Notes: generated from the letters alone by a model not told the origin. A DNA stretch of 64,000 nucleotides from an uncultured Thermoleophilaceae bacterium (GCA_963759625.1 CAVXAD010000003.1:53-64052), one strand, 5' to 3'; positions 20,464-31,361 are shown, counted from the stretch's first letter. Numbers and translations are program-made.

Positions 20464-21342
20464 ATGCTGCGTCCGGTCCCGGACGTGCACGAGGCCGCCC
20501 CCACCTGCCGGTTCGGCGAATGCGACGGCGGCGGCTGGCTCCTCGACGAGGACACGAACACCGCCCGGCCCTGCCGCTGCCGCGAGCGGCCCGACCGCGG
20601 CGTCAGCGGCCGCCTCCGCGGCGGCATCCCGAAGCGCATGCTCGCCGCGTCGATCGACCGGCATCCCGACCTCGAGCCCAGCCTGGTTCGCCACGTCCGC
20701 CGCTTCATGACCGAGATCGGAGTGAACGTCGACGCCGGGCGCGGCCTCTGGTTCCACGGCACGGTGGGCACGGGCAAGACCACGCTCGCGCTGCTCGTGG
20801 CCCGGGCGGCGCGCGACGCCGGCCGCTCGGTGGCCGTCTACTCGGTGCCGCTCCTGTTCGCCGAACTGCGTGACACCTTCGGCGAGGACAGCGAGGACTC
20901 GCATCTGGCGCTGTTCACGCGCCTGTCCCAGGTGGACCTGCTGGTGCTCGACGACCTCGGCGCGGAGCGCCAGACCGAATGGGTGCTCGAGCAGCTCTTC
21001 GCGCTCGTGAACGAGCGCTGGCAGGACCAGCGCTCCATCGTGGTCACGAGCAACGTGCCCGACCCCTACCGGGACGTGACGCTCGCCACCCTGCGCGCCG
21101 AGATCGGCGAGCTGCGGAGGCGGCGCCAGAACGGCGCCGGGCGCGACGAGCTCGAGGCCGTGACCACGCGGCTGGAGCGCGTGGCGGGCCAGCTTGCCGA
21201 CAACGACCTCTCGAACGACGCCGACCCGCTCACCTGGCTGCGCCAGCAGGTGGGGTCGCGCACGGTGAGCCGCCTCATTCAGATCTGCGACGACCCGTTG
21301 CTGATGCTCGGCGCCGACCTGCGCATGCGACAGGGCGCGTAG
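20464..21342 (+). CDS. DnaC/DnaI/IstB-like AAA+ ATPase (putative helicase loader) with N-terminal Cys cluster
   Basis: Starts 1 nt after the dnaB stop. C-x4-C...C-x-C cluster (CRFGEC...PCRC), Walker A GTVGTGKTTLA, Walker B LLVLDDLG, sensor-1 VVTSN, C-terminal SRL...G.D.R. A ~50-aa predicted helical insertion lies between sensor-1 and the C-terminal motif. Confidence 0.7.
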   Translation: MLRPVPDVHEAAPTCRFGECDGGGWLLDEDTNTARPCRCRERPDRGVSGRLRGGIPKRMLAASIDRHPDLEPSLVRHVRRFMTEIGVNVDAGRGLWFHGTVGTGKTTLALLVARAARDAGRSVAVYSVPLLFAELRDTFGEDSEDSHLALFTRLSQVDLLVLDDLGAERQTEWVLEQLFALVNERWQDQRSIVVTSNVPDPYRDVTLATLRAEIGELRRRRQNGAGRDELEAVTTRLERVAGQLADNDLSNDADPLTWLRQQVGSRTVSRLIQICDDPLLMLGADLRMRQGA

Positions 21343-22686
<1,344 letters not shown>

Positions 22687-22706
22687 GGCCGCCGCGCGCT
22701 CGGTGT

Positions 22707-23315
22707 CTAGCTCTCCACGACGTGCGACGACACCAGCATGTCGTGCAGCGCCCGGTTCTCGTCGTCCCAGAGCGGCCAGAGCCAGTCGAGCAGGGTGGGG
22801 ATGAAGAAGAACCCGCCGATCGTGCCGAACGCGAACCACTTGACCACGACCTCGCGCACGAAGGCGTAGCCGAAGTTCACCGCGGCGCCCGTGTCGTGCA
22901 CCACCCGGATGCCCACGATCTGCTTTCCCCAGGTCTGGCCGTTGTGGGCTCCGTCGCGGGCCATCAGCACCGGCGCGTACCCGGACAGGACGACGACATA
23001 GGCGAGGGTGCCCACGAGGCCCACGACGATGCCGGCCACGTCGTCGCTGACCGCCACGGCCACGATGACGCCGATGATCACCGCCATCGGAACCAGCAGG
23101 ATCAACCCGTCCAGGAAGGCCGCGCCTACGCGACTCCACCAGCCGGCGAGCGGGCTGCCGGCCCAGGTGTCCGTCCTGGGCAGCGGCTGCTGCCAGCCGC
23201 CGGGGGGAACGGGCCCGCCGTAGGGAACCGGCACCTCGGGACGGGGCGCCACCGGCGGCTCCGAGCCCGGCGCGCGCGGGGGCAGCCACGGCTGCGGCGT
23301 GGAATCGTCCTCCAT
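22707..23315 (-). CDS. RDD family membrane protein
   Basis: Pro-rich N-terminus, WWSRVGAAFLDGLIL, TM helices, NGQTWGKQIVGIRVV. Confidence 0.75.
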   Translation of the reverse strand: MEDDSTPQPWLPPRAPGSEPPVAPRPEVPVPYGGPVPPGGWQQPLPRTDTWAGSPLAGWWSRVGAAFLDGLILLVPMAVIIGVIVAVAVSDDVAGIVVGLVGTLAYVVVLSGYAPVLMARDGAHNGQTWGKQIVGIRVVHDTGAAVNFGYAFVREVVVKWFAFGTIGGFFFIPTLLDWLWPLWDDENRALHDMLVSSHVVES

Positions 23316-23343
23316 GGGCGCGCATCAAAGCAGGACCGCGGCG

Positions 23344-23949
23344 CTACGGCTGCGGTGGCTCGAGCACCACCCGCTCGCCGCGGCGCAGCAGGCGCAGCGC
23401 CAGGGCCAGCGCCGACAGCAGCGAGATCACCGCGAGGGTGATCTGCACGCTCAGGAGCCCCTCGCGGCGCCAGTAGACGTCGTCGAGCTCGAGCAGCAGC
23501 GCCGACTCGTCGAGGGTCAGGCCCATCCCGATCCCGAACGGCACGGCGAGCTTCGGCTCGAGCTCCTCGTCGCCCTTGAGGATCGCCGCCGACCCGGAGA
23601 CGAAGGCGAGCACGATGCCGGGCACGAAGTGGTGGATGTGGCGGCGCCGGAACCTGACGTTGCGAAACGGCCCGACGTGCGGCCGCCCGCGCAGCGCGTA
23701 GGTGATCCAGCGTGTCGCGAGGAACGTCGTCGCGAAGCTCCCCAGCAGGTTGAACGCCGCGTTCTCCCGGGTCGACACCTGGCGATAGCCCTCGCGCGCG
23801 ACCTGAGCGGTCTCGACCACCGCCGACTCGGCTGCCAGCAGCAGACTGTCCGAGCGGCTGGGCGCGGGCGCCGAGCCGCGGCGCCAGACGCGGCCCACCT
23901 CCCCGACCGCCACCGCCCCAACGGCCACGGCCGCCAGGGCTCCGAGCAT
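23344..23949 (-). CDS. hypothetical integral membrane protein
   Basis: In-frame ATG 23949 inside track ORF 23344..24417. TM segments and an HIHHFVPG motif. The upstream part of the track ORF is antisense to the acyltransferase. Confidence 0.5.
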   Translation of the reverse strand: MLGALAAVAVGAVAVGEVGRVWRRGSAPAPSRSDSLLLAAESAVVETAQVAREGYRQVSTRENAAFNLLGSFATTFLATRWITYALRGRPHVGPFRNVRFRRRHIHHFVPGIVLAFVSGSAAILKGDEELEPKLAVPFGIGMGLTLDESALLLELDDVYWRREGLLSVQITLAVISLLSALALALRLLRRGERVVLEPPQP

Positions 23950-23993
23950 GAGCGTGGCCCGGTCCGGGGCCAGCTCTCCACGGCCGCGGCGCC

Positions 23994-24701
23994 TCACAGG
24001 AGCTCCTCCGCGGGCACCTCGCGCACGACCTGCGCGGGCACGCCGATCACGACGGAGCGCGGGGCCACGTCGCGCGTCACGACCGCCCCGGCGCCTACGA
24101 ACGCCTCCTCGCCGACCTCGATGCCGGGAAGCAGCACGGCGCCCGCGCCCAGCCTGCAGGCGCGCCTGAGCAGCGCGCCCACGAGCTCCTCCCCTCCGCC
24201 ACGGCGGCCGGCCCTCGGGTCGTTCGTCAGCACCACGCCGGGCGCGATGAACACGTCGTCCTCGACCACTGAGCCCGCGGTCACGTAGGCGTTCGTCTGG
24301 ATCCGCACGCGCGCGCCGATCCGAACGTCGTTGTCCACGGCCACCCCGCGGCCGATCATCGCCTCCGGCCCGATCTCGGCCCGCTCGCGCACATGCGCCT
24401 GGTCGGCCACGACGCACCCCTCGCCCAGGCGCGCTCCCGCGAGCACCACAGCGCCCGCGCCCACCAGCGCTGCCGGGCCGATCTCGGCGGGTGGGGGGTC
24501 ATCGCGCGCGGCCCGCGAGTGCCGCCCGAGCGCGAGTGGCTTGCCCACGACGCAGCCATCGTGCAGCCTCGCTCCCGCCCCGACCACCGTTCCGGCGTGC
24601 ACCACGACGTTGGCGCCCAGCTCCAGCTCGTCCGGCAACTCCACGCCGTCCCCCAGCAGGAGGCCGGGAGCCCTGTCGGACGGGCGCAGCGAGACCGTCA
24701 A
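23994..24701 (-). CDS. left-handed beta-helix (hexapeptide-repeat) sugar N-/O-acyltransferase
   Basis: Repeated [LIV]G..... hexapeptides across 235 aa. TTGA overlap with the upstream dehydrogenase gene. Confidence 0.75.
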   Translation of the reverse strand: MTVSLRPSDRAPGLLLGDGVELPDELELGANVVVHAGTVVGAGARLHDGCVVGKPLALGRHSRAARDDPPPAEIGPAALVGAGAVVLAGARLGEGCVVADQAHVRERAEIGPEAMIGRGVAVDNDVRIGARVRIQTNAYVTAGSVVEDDVFIAPGVVLTNDPRAGRRGGGEELVGALLRRACRLGAGAVLLPGIEVGEEAFVGAGAVVTRDVAPRSVVIGVPAQVVREVPAEELL

Positions 24702-25945
24702 AGACGTACGAGGTTGGACGCCTCGATCCCCCGGGTCACGCCCCGGAAGTCCACGACCAGCGGCGCCGTGGCGACGATGCGCTCGACGTCGAGTCCGGGG
24801 TGAGCGGTCACGATCACCGCGCAGTCGGCGCCCTCGAGCAGCTTCTCGAGCGGCTCCGAGACGAGGCCGAAGTCGAGGAGCTCGGGCACGAAGTCGTCGT
24901 TGTAGGCCACGTCTCCGCCCTGGTCGCGCAGCAGGCGGATGATCTTGAGCCCAGGCGACTCGCGAAGGTCACCCACGCCGGCTTTGTACGAGACCCCGAC
25001 CACCGCGATCCGCGAGCCGTTGATCGGGCGCGAGTGGTTGTTGAGCGCGCGGCCGATCTTCTCCACGCAGAAGTAGGGCATCCGCTGGTTCACCTCGCCG
25101 GCCAGCTCGATGAACTCGGTGGGCTGGTCGAACTCGCGTGCGCGCCAGGCCAGGTAGAACGGGTCCACGGGCAGGCAGTGGCCGCCCATTCCCGGGCCCG
25201 GCTTGAAGGACATGAACCCGTACGGCTTGGTCGCCGCGGCCTCCACCACCTCCCAGATGTCCACGCCCATGCGGTCGCAGAGGATCGCCAGCTCGTTCAC
25301 GAGCGCGATGTTCACCGAGCGGAAGACGTTCTCGAGCAGCTTGCTCAGCTCCGCCGCCTCAGGCGTGGAGACGCGGACCACGTCGTCGCACACCAGCTCG
25401 TACAGGCTCACGGCACGCTCGAGCGACTCGGACGTGACCGCACCCACGACCTTCGGGGTAGTGCGCATCGTGTGATCGGTGCGCCCTGGATCGATGCGCT
25501 CAGGCGAGAAGGCCACGAAGAAGTCGCGCTCCGCCGCGAGGCCGGACTCCTCCAGCATGGGCACCAGGCGCTCGCGCGTAGTGCCGGGGTAGGTGGTGGA
25601 CTCGAGCACGACGAGCTGGCCCGCCTGCAGCACACCCGCGAGCGCCGTGCCGGCCGCGATCAGCGGCTGCAGGTCCGGCTCGCGGTTCTGCGTGAGCGGC
25701 GTGGGCACGGCCACGATCACGGCCTCCACCTGGGCGAGGTCGGCGTAGCGGGTGCTGGCCTCGAAGCGCCCGGCGATGCCCCGGAGGGTGTCCGTGGACA
25801 CATCCTCCACATGCGACTCCCCGCGCGACAGCGCCTCGATCACCCGGGTGTCCACGTCCACGCCGGTCACGTCGTGACCGGCCTCGCAGAACGCCACGGC
25901 CAAGGGCAGGCCGACGTAACCGAGCCCGACGATCCCGATTCTCAT
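24698..25945 (-). CDS. UDP-N-acetyl-D-mannosamine/glucosamine 6-dehydrogenase family (WecC/WbpA-like)
   Basis: Rossmann GIVGLGYVGLP and nucleotide-sugar dehydrogenase central/C-terminal domains (GGHCLPVDP). ATGA overlap with wecB. Confidence 0.85.
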   Translation of the reverse strand: MRIGIVGLGYVGLPLAVAFCEAGHDVTGVDVDTRVIEALSRGESHVEDVSTDTLRGIAGRFEASTRYADLAQVEAVIVAVPTPLTQNREPDLQPLIAAGTALAGVLQAGQLVVLESTTYPGTTRERLVPMLEESGLAAERDFFVAFSPERIDPGRTDHTMRTTPKVVGAVTSESLERAVSLYELVCDDVVRVSTPEAAELSKLLENVFRSVNIALVNELAILCDRMGVDIWEVVEAAATKPYGFMSFKPGPGMGGHCLPVDPFYLAWRAREFDQPTEFIELAGEVNQRMPYFCVEKIGRALNNHSRPINGSRIAVVGVSYKAGVGDLRESPGLKIIRLLRDQGGDVAYNDDFVPELLDFGLVSEPLEKLLEGADCAVIVTAHPGLDVERIVATAPLVVDFRGVTRGIEASNLVRL

Positions 25946-27018
25946 AGCCGCTCAGTGTAGGCCGAGACCACGTCGCGAACCCGCTCCGCGGCGTGGCCGC
26001 CGCCGTACAGCTCGGGTCGCTCGGCGGGCGGCCGGCGGTCGAGGGCGGCCAGCGCCGCGTCCCGGTCCAGGTCCACGAGCACGTTCCACCCGGCGTCCAC
26101 GGTCTCGACCCACTCGGTGGTGTCACGGAGGGTCACGCAGGGAACGCCGAGGAGATAGGCCTCCTTCTGCACGCCGCCGGAGTCGGTGAGGACCGCGCGC
26201 GCGTTGCGGGCGAGCTCCAGGAAGTCGAGATAACCGAGCGGAGGCGCCAGTTCGAGGCCGTCCGCGGCCGCGAGCCGCTCGAGGAGGCCCTCTTCCTCGA
26301 GTCGCCGGCGGGTTCGCGGGTGCACCGGGAAGACCAGCGGCCGCGGGAGGGACTCGAGCAGCTCCACCAGGCGCCGGAGGCGCTCCGGGGGGTCCACGTT
26401 CCCCGCGCGGTGTGCGGTGACGAGGAGGTAGGAGGCCGGCTCCAGGCCGCGCTCCGCGAGGGCTGTGGAGCGCTCGCGGGCGAGCTGCTGGAAGGCCATC
26501 GACACGTCCGCCATCACGTCGCCGACCAGGTGGGTCGCCCCCCGCACGGACTCGCGCTCCAGGTTCCCGACGGCGGTGGCGGTGGAGCAGAGCAGCAGGT
26601 CGCTCGCGTGGTCCACGAGCACTCGGTTGAGCTCCTCCGGCATGGAGCGGTCGAACGAGCGCATGCCCGCTTCCACGTGGGCGAGCGGCAGGCCGGCCTG
26701 GGCCGCCGCCAGCGCTCCGGCGAGCGTCGAGTTGGTGTCCCCGTACACCATCACGAGCTCGGGGCCCACGCCCGCGAGGATCGGCTCCAGCTCGGCGAGA
26801 ATGCGCGCCGTCTGCGCCGTGTTGGTGCCCGAAACGGCGTGCAGCTGATGGTCCGGCGCCGGTACCCCGAGCTCCTCGAAGAAGATGCGCGAGAGCTGGT
26901 CGTCGTGATGCTGGCCGGTGTGCACGATGACCTCGTCGTTCGTCTCGCGCAACCTGCCGGACACGGCGGCCGCCTTGATGAACTGAGGGCGATTTCCCAC
27001 GATCGTGACTATCGGCAC
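25942..27018 (-). CDS. wecB: UDP-N-acetylglucosamine 2-epimerase (non-hydrolysing)
   Basis: IVGNRPQFIKAA, HTGQHHD, GDTNSTLAGALAA, SGGVQKEA. Confidence 0.9.
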   Translation of the reverse strand: MPIVTIVGNRPQFIKAAAVSGRLRETNDEVIVHTGQHHDDQLSRIFFEELGVPAPDHQLHAVSGTNTAQTARILAELEPILAGVGPELVMVYGDTNSTLAGALAAAQAGLPLAHVEAGMRSFDRSMPEELNRVLVDHASDLLLCSTATAVGNLERESVRGATHLVGDVMADVSMAFQQLARERSTALAERGLEPASYLLVTAHRAGNVDPPERLRRLVELLESLPRPLVFPVHPRTRRRLEEEGLLERLAAADGLELAPPLGYLDFLELARNARAVLTDSGGVQKEAYLLGVPCVTLRDTTEWVETVDAGWNVLVDLDRDAALAALDRRPPAERPELYGGGHAAERVRDVVSAYTERL

Positions 27019-27160
27019 CCGGACCCCCGTGTCTGGCTTAGGATTTCCTCACGATGGCGCACAGGCTTCTCGGAGGGGCGTTCGGGCTGGCGGCGGGACT
27101 GGTCCGCCACGTGGCCTGGTACGTCTCCCATCAGATCGAGGGCCGCCCGCGCCGGCGGGA

Positions 27161-27976
27161 CTAGCTTTCGAGCTCTTCCTCGATGCGCGCGCCCAGCGCG
27201 CGCCGCGCCTCGCGCGTGTGCTCTCCCTCGGAGAGCTCGATGTCGTCCACCGCGGCGATCGTCTGCACCTCCCGCGTGGTGGAGGCCAGGAACGCCTCCT
27301 GCGCCGCGCGCAGGTCATCGAGGATGCAGGGGCGCTCCTCCACGTGCACCACGGCCATCACTCGCTGCCGGGTTATCGAGGCCAGGATGTGCTCCTCGAG
27401 TGGCGGCGTGCAGAGGTGGCCGTCGCGGTCCACCCAGAAGATGGAGGAGGTGGGCGCCTCGAGCACCCGTCCGTGTGGCGTTACCAGCAGCGCCTCGTCG
27501 AAGCCGCGCTCCTGTGCGAGCCGCGTAGCGAGCATGTTGCCGGCGTAGGAGAGCGACTTGACCCCGTCGAGGATGCGCGTGGGCGCGTAGGTGACCGTGC
27601 CGAGCCGGATCGTGCCCCCGTGCTCGTGCAGCTGCTCGGTGAGGAGCAGCCGCCTGCCGCCGCGCGTGAGCACCACGCGCAGCCCGCCGTCGAAATCGCC
27701 GCCACCGCGGGAGCTCAGCACATCCGCGATCTCCGCCTCGAGCTCCGGACGCGGCACCTCGGGCAGCCGCAGGCTCGCGGCGGAGCGCTCGAGCCGGTCC
27801 AGGTGGTCCGCCAGGGCGAACGGCCGCCCGCTGTAGACGCGGATCACCTCGAACGCGCCGTCACCGCGGAGCAGCCCCTCGTCGGTGGCCGGGATGAAGA
27901 TCTCCTCGGCCGGCGCTATGCGGCCATCGAGCGAGCCGAGCTCGGCGCTGGCAGTAGGTACTGAGTCTTTGGCCAT
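27161..27976 (-). CDS. class IV aminotransferase (branched-chain aminotransferase / aminodeoxychorismate lyase family)
   Basis: GDGAFEVIRVY.GRPFALADHLDRL.RSA..L, fold-type IV pattern, 271 aa. Confidence 0.8.
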   Translation of the reverse strand: MAKDSVPTASAELGSLDGRIAPAEEIFIPATDEGLLRGDGAFEVIRVYSGRPFALADHLDRLERSAASLRLPEVPRPELEAEIADVLSSRGGGDFDGGLRVVLTRGGRRLLLTEQLHEHGGTIRLGTVTYAPTRILDGVKSLSYAGNMLATRLAQERGFDEALLVTPHGRVLEAPTSSIFWVDRDGHLCTPPLEEHILASITRQRVMAVVHVEERPCILDDLRAAQEAFLASTTREVQTIAAVDDIELSEGEHTREARRALGARIEEELES

Positions 27977-28001
27977 GGCCGCTTGATAGCAGGAACTGTG
28001 A

Positions 28002-28074
28002 TGGGCCGTGAAGGACTCGAACCTTCAACCTTGAGATTAAGAGTCTCCTGCTCTACCAGTTGAGCTAACGGCCC
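28002..28074 (-). tRNA. tRNA-Lys (anticodon CTT)
   Basis: Cloverleaf folded by hand: acceptor GGGCCGT/ACGGCCC, D-arm GCTC..GAGC, anticodon loop CT-CTT-AA, T-arm GAAGG-TTCGAGT-CCTTC, discriminator A. No encoded CCA. Confidence 0.85.
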
Positions 28075-28098
28075 GCGGCAGGCGATTCTAGAGCGTGC

Positions 28099-28455
28099 TC
28101 AGCTGCCGCTTTTGGCGACCGCGGCCAGCGCCTCTTCACGCGAGGAGTGGATCGGGAAGACTCGATCGAGACCGGTGATCTCGAAGATCTTCGTGATGTT
28201 GTCGTCGGTGCAGACCAGCGCCAGCGAGCCGCCCGCGGGGCGCAAGCGCTTGACGCCTCCCACGAGCACTCCAAGCGTGGTCGAGTCGATGAAGGTGGCC
28301 TGCGAGAGGTCCACCACGATCTGCTTCTTGCCCGACTCGATCAGCTCGACCATGCGCTCCTTGAACTCCGGCGCCGTGTAGAGGTCGACCTCTCCCCCGA
28401 GCTCGATCACATGGGTCTCGTCGTCGACAGCCTCGTCTTCGATGTGGAAGTTCAC
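28099..28455 (-). CDS. STAS-domain anti-sigma factor antagonist (SpoIIAA/RsbV-like)
   Basis: GTG 28455. IELGGEVDLYTAPEFKERM...VVDLSQATFIDSTTLGVL...ITKIFEITGLDRVF. Confidence 0.85.
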   Translation of the reverse strand: MNFHIEDEAVDDETHVIELGGEVDLYTAPEFKERMVELIESGKKQIVVDLSQATFIDSTTLGVLVGGVKRLRPAGGSLALVCTDDNITKIFEITGLDRVFPIHSSREEALAAVAKSGS

Positions 28456-28513
28456 TCTTCTCCCGGTTCGTCTCTTATCGCCAGCATCCTGCCTGCGAGC
28501 CCCGAAGGGTACG

Positions 28514-29174
28514 TCAGCCGGCCGCCTGCTGCTGCTTGGCGGCCTTCTGCAGCTGCGCCGCCTGCTGCTTGACCTCCTTCTTGAGGTTCTTCGGCGCGAG
28601 GTCCTCCGCCTTTTGAGCCGCGAGATCCGCCGTGCGCTCGTCGCCGGCGAGCGACGGCGTACTGCACGAGCTGCAGATAGGACTGGAAGTCGTTCGAGGC
28701 GCCGGCAATGATCGTCATGGCCCGGGCGGCGTCCTTCGGCTGCGCGAGCGCGCCCGTGTCGAACACGCGCAGCGCCACCGAGGCGAGCGAGGGATCGGGA
28801 TTGCCCTGTGCGACCACCAGGTAGCGCTTCCAGTAGGTCCCCGCCTTGCGCAGCTCGTCCTTGGAGCTCTCGGGGAAGGCGGTGGCATTCGGATCCTGCT
28901 GCGACACGGCCAGCGAGTAGTTGTCGCGCACGAGCGCCTTGAGCGCCCGCTCGTTTCGCGGGTGCTCGCTCAGCTGCTCCTCGGACTGGTCGATGCGCTT
29001 CTCCACGGCATCGTTGGCGCTGCCGCCGGAATTGCCCTTGAAGGCGTCGAGGAGACCTCCGGACACGCTCCCGCCGACGCCGAAGAACACGAGGCCGCCG
29101 CCCATCAGGATGGCCAGCATGAGATACGTGACTTGCACCGCCCGGCGCCGGCGGCCTCTGAGATCGAACAGCAT
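28514..29174 (-). CDS. hypothetical membrane-anchored protein, frame broken near 28653
   Basis: N-terminal TM (VTYLMLAILMGGGLVFFGV) then a soluble helical part. The C-terminus SLAGDERTADLAAQKAEDLAPKNLKKEVKQQAAQLQKAAKQQQAAG lies in ORF 28514..28708. 661 nt = 3n+1. Confidence 0.45.
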
Positions 29175-29186
29175 CGGCCCAGGAGG

Positions 29187-29957
29187 CTAGCTGCCCTCGG
29201 CGGACGCGATCTGGTCCGGCACTTCCCCGATCGGCCGGCCGAGGGCCGACGCGAGCCAGATGCTGAGCTCGTAGAGCAGGATCAGCGGGATCATCTCCAG
29301 GATCAGCGAGAGCGGGTCGATCGTGGGGAGCAGCGCGGCCAGCACGGCTATGACGACGATCGCGTAGCGGCGGTTCTTGCGGAGCTTCTCGGGAGTGGTG
29401 ATCCGCAGCTTGCAGGCGGCGAGTATCGCCACCGGTATCTGGAAGCCGAGCCCCATCGCGAGCATCAGCATCGTCACGAACGAGTAGTAGTCGCGCGCCC
29501 GGACCTGGGTGTTGAACTCGTCGGCGTTGAAGCTGAGCAGGAACTTCATCGCGGGCGTGAGCACCACGAAGTAGCAGAACACCACGCCGGCGATGAAGAG
29601 CACCGGCACGAGCAGCAGGAGCGGCAGCGCCACGCGGCGTTCGCTGGGGCTGAAGGCCGGCAGCAGGAACGCGTAGACCTGGTAGAGGATCACCGGCAGG
29701 GCGATGATCAGCGCCGCGTACGCCGAGTTCGTGAGCGTCGTGTAGAAGGCCTCGGCAGGGCCGAGGGTGATCGGCTGGATCCCGTGCGGCAGCGGATGGT
29801 TCACGATCCGCAGCACCAGGTGGTTCTGCCACGCGGTGAGGGCCCAGGCCGCGCCGAAGGCGAGGCCGCAGATCAGCAGGCGCGTGCGGAGCTCGTCGAG
29901 GTGCTCGACGATGGAGAGACGATCATCATGGGCGATCGGCCGGATGCGGCGCGCCAC
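29187..29957 (-). CDS. tatC: twin-arginine translocase subunit TatC
   Basis: SIVEHLDELRTRL, six TM helices, 256 aa, adjacent to tatA. Confidence 0.9.
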   Translation of the reverse strand: MARRIRPIAHDDRLSIVEHLDELRTRLLICGLAFGAAWALTAWQNHLVLRIVNHPLPHGIQPITLGPAEAFYTTLTNSAYAALIIALPVILYQVYAFLLPAFSPSERRVALPLLLLVPVLFIAGVVFCYFVVLTPAMKFLLSFNADEFNTQVRARDYYSFVTMLMLAMGLGFQIPVAILAACKLRITTPEKLRKNRRYAIVVIAVLAALLPTIDPLSLILEMIPLILLYELSIWLASALGRPIGEVPDQIASAEGS

Positions 29958-29969
29958 GGCGCGGAGCGG

Positions 29970-30197
29970 CTAGGGCCGGCGGTCGCCGGCCGTGGTGGGC
30001 GCGGGCTCGGGCTTCTCGGCGGTCGCCTTGACGGCCTCGAGCTCTTCCCGCTCCTTGTCCTTGCCCGTGATCGAGTCCTTGAACTCGCGCATCCCGGTTC
30101 CGAGCGAGCGTCCGAGGTCGGGCAGCCGCTTGGGCCCGAACACCACGAGCACGACCACGAGCACGACGATGATCTCTAGTGGGCCTGGAGTCCACAT
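29970..30197 (-). CDS. tatA: twin-arginine translocase subunit TatA/E
   Basis: LEIIVVLVVVLVVFGPKRLPDLGRSLGTGMREFK. Confidence 0.85.
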   Translation of the reverse strand: MWTPGPLEIIVVLVVVLVVFGPKRLPDLGRSLGTGMREFKDSITGKDKEREELEAVKATAEKPEPAPTTAGDRRP

Positions 30198-30225
30198 GGA
30201 CAGCCCATGGTAGCGCGGCGCCCCT

Positions 30226-30795
30226 CTAGTCCTCGAAATTGAGGTAGAAGCGGCTCGGCGTGGGCTCCGCCTGGCCCTGGTACTTCGAGCCCTTGTCGCG
30301 CGAGCCGTAGGGGTGCTCCACGGGCCCGTCCATGCGCATGAACGAGAGCTGGCCGATGGGCATGCCCTCGTAGATCGTGATCGGGAGGTTCGCGACGTTG
30401 GAGAGCTCGAGCGTGAGCCGTCCGGCGAAGCCGCTGTCCACGAAGCCCGCGGTCGAGTGGATCAGGAGGCCGAGCCGGCCCAGGCTCGACTTGCCCTCGA
30501 GGCGGCCGACCAGATCGTCGGGTAGCTCCACGTGCTCGAGCGTCTGACCCAGCACGAACTCGCCGGGGTGGAGGATGAACGGCTGCTCGCGGTCCTTGAT
30601 CTCCACCAGCTCCGTGAGGTCGTCCATCGGCTGGCGCACGTCGATATACGGGTAGCGGGCGTTGTGGAAGACGCGGAAGCGGCTGTCCACGCGCACGTCG
30701 ACGCTGGACGGCTGGACGAGCCGCTCGTCGAACGGGTCGATGACGATCCGTCCAGCCTCGATCTCCGCACGGATCGTGCGGTCGCTGAGCACCAC
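30226..30795 (-). CDS. dcd: dCTP deaminase
   Basis: [35 protein letters not shown]. Confidence 0.9.
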   Translation of the reverse strand: MVLSDRTIRAEIEAGRIVIDPFDERLVQPSSVDVRVDSRFRVFHNARYPYIDVRQPMDDLTELVEIKDREQPFILHPGEFVLGQTLEHVELPDDLVGRLEGKSSLGRLGLLIHSTAGFVDSGFAGRLTLELSNVANLPITIYEGMPIGQLSFMRMDGPVEHPYGSRDKGSKYQGQAEPTPSRFYLNFED

Positions 30796-30848
30796 GGGGC
30801 GCCCGAGTCTAGATAGGGCCGGGGACGAGCCGCACCCCGTGCTCGAAC

Positions 30849-31355
30849 ATGCCGGAACCTCCGCCGTTTCAGGTTCAAGTTCCCGGATGGCGTGCCGATA
30901 CGGGGATCAGGATGGAAGAGATGGAGACAGGCGGAGACCAGACCCACTACGTGAAGCGCGTGGTTCTCCCCAGCGGCAAGACGATCGAGGTCGTCTACTT
31001 CAAGGAGACCGACGTGCAGCTGGACGAGGCGCGCGCCGTCGAGCACGCCCCCGCCGAGCCGCATCAGGAGCTTCACGTGTGCATGGAGTGCTTCTCCGAG
31101 CTGGTCTACCCCGTTCACTGGGACGAGGCCGGGCCGGAGAACTGGAACGTCCTGCTCCACTGCCCGAACTGCGACGTGTACCGCGAGGGCATCTTCGCCC
31201 AGGACACCGTCGAGGCCTTCGACGAGGAGCTGGACCGCGGCGGGGACGCACTCGCCCGCGACTACAAGCGGCTGATGCGCGCCAACATGGCGGAGGAGAT
31301 CGAGCGCTTCGCCGGCGCCCTCCACGCCGACGCCATCCTCCCCGAAGACTTCTGA
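30849..31355 (+). CDS. hypothetical protein with CxxC...CPxC zinc-ribbon-like motif
   Basis: [13 protein letters not shown]...[10 protein letters not shown] followed by a helical acidic C-terminus. The start may be an internal Met near 30910. Confidence 0.5.
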   Translation: MPEPPPFQVQVPGWRADTGIRMEEMETGGDQTHYVKRVVLPSGKTIEVVYFKETDVQLDEARAVEHAPAEPHQELHVCMECFSELVYPVHWDEAGPENWNVLLHCPNCDVYREGIFAQDTVEAFDEELDRGGDALARDYKRLMRANMAEEIERFAGALHADAILPEDF

Positions 31356-31361
31356 GGCCAG

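Noticed and set aside
20464-21342. IS21-type mobile element (IstB helper ATPase)
   Set aside because: No istA-like transposase ORF or terminal inverted repeats are present on either side. The gene is translationally coupled to dnaB and followed by purA, so I treat it as a cellular loader-like gene.
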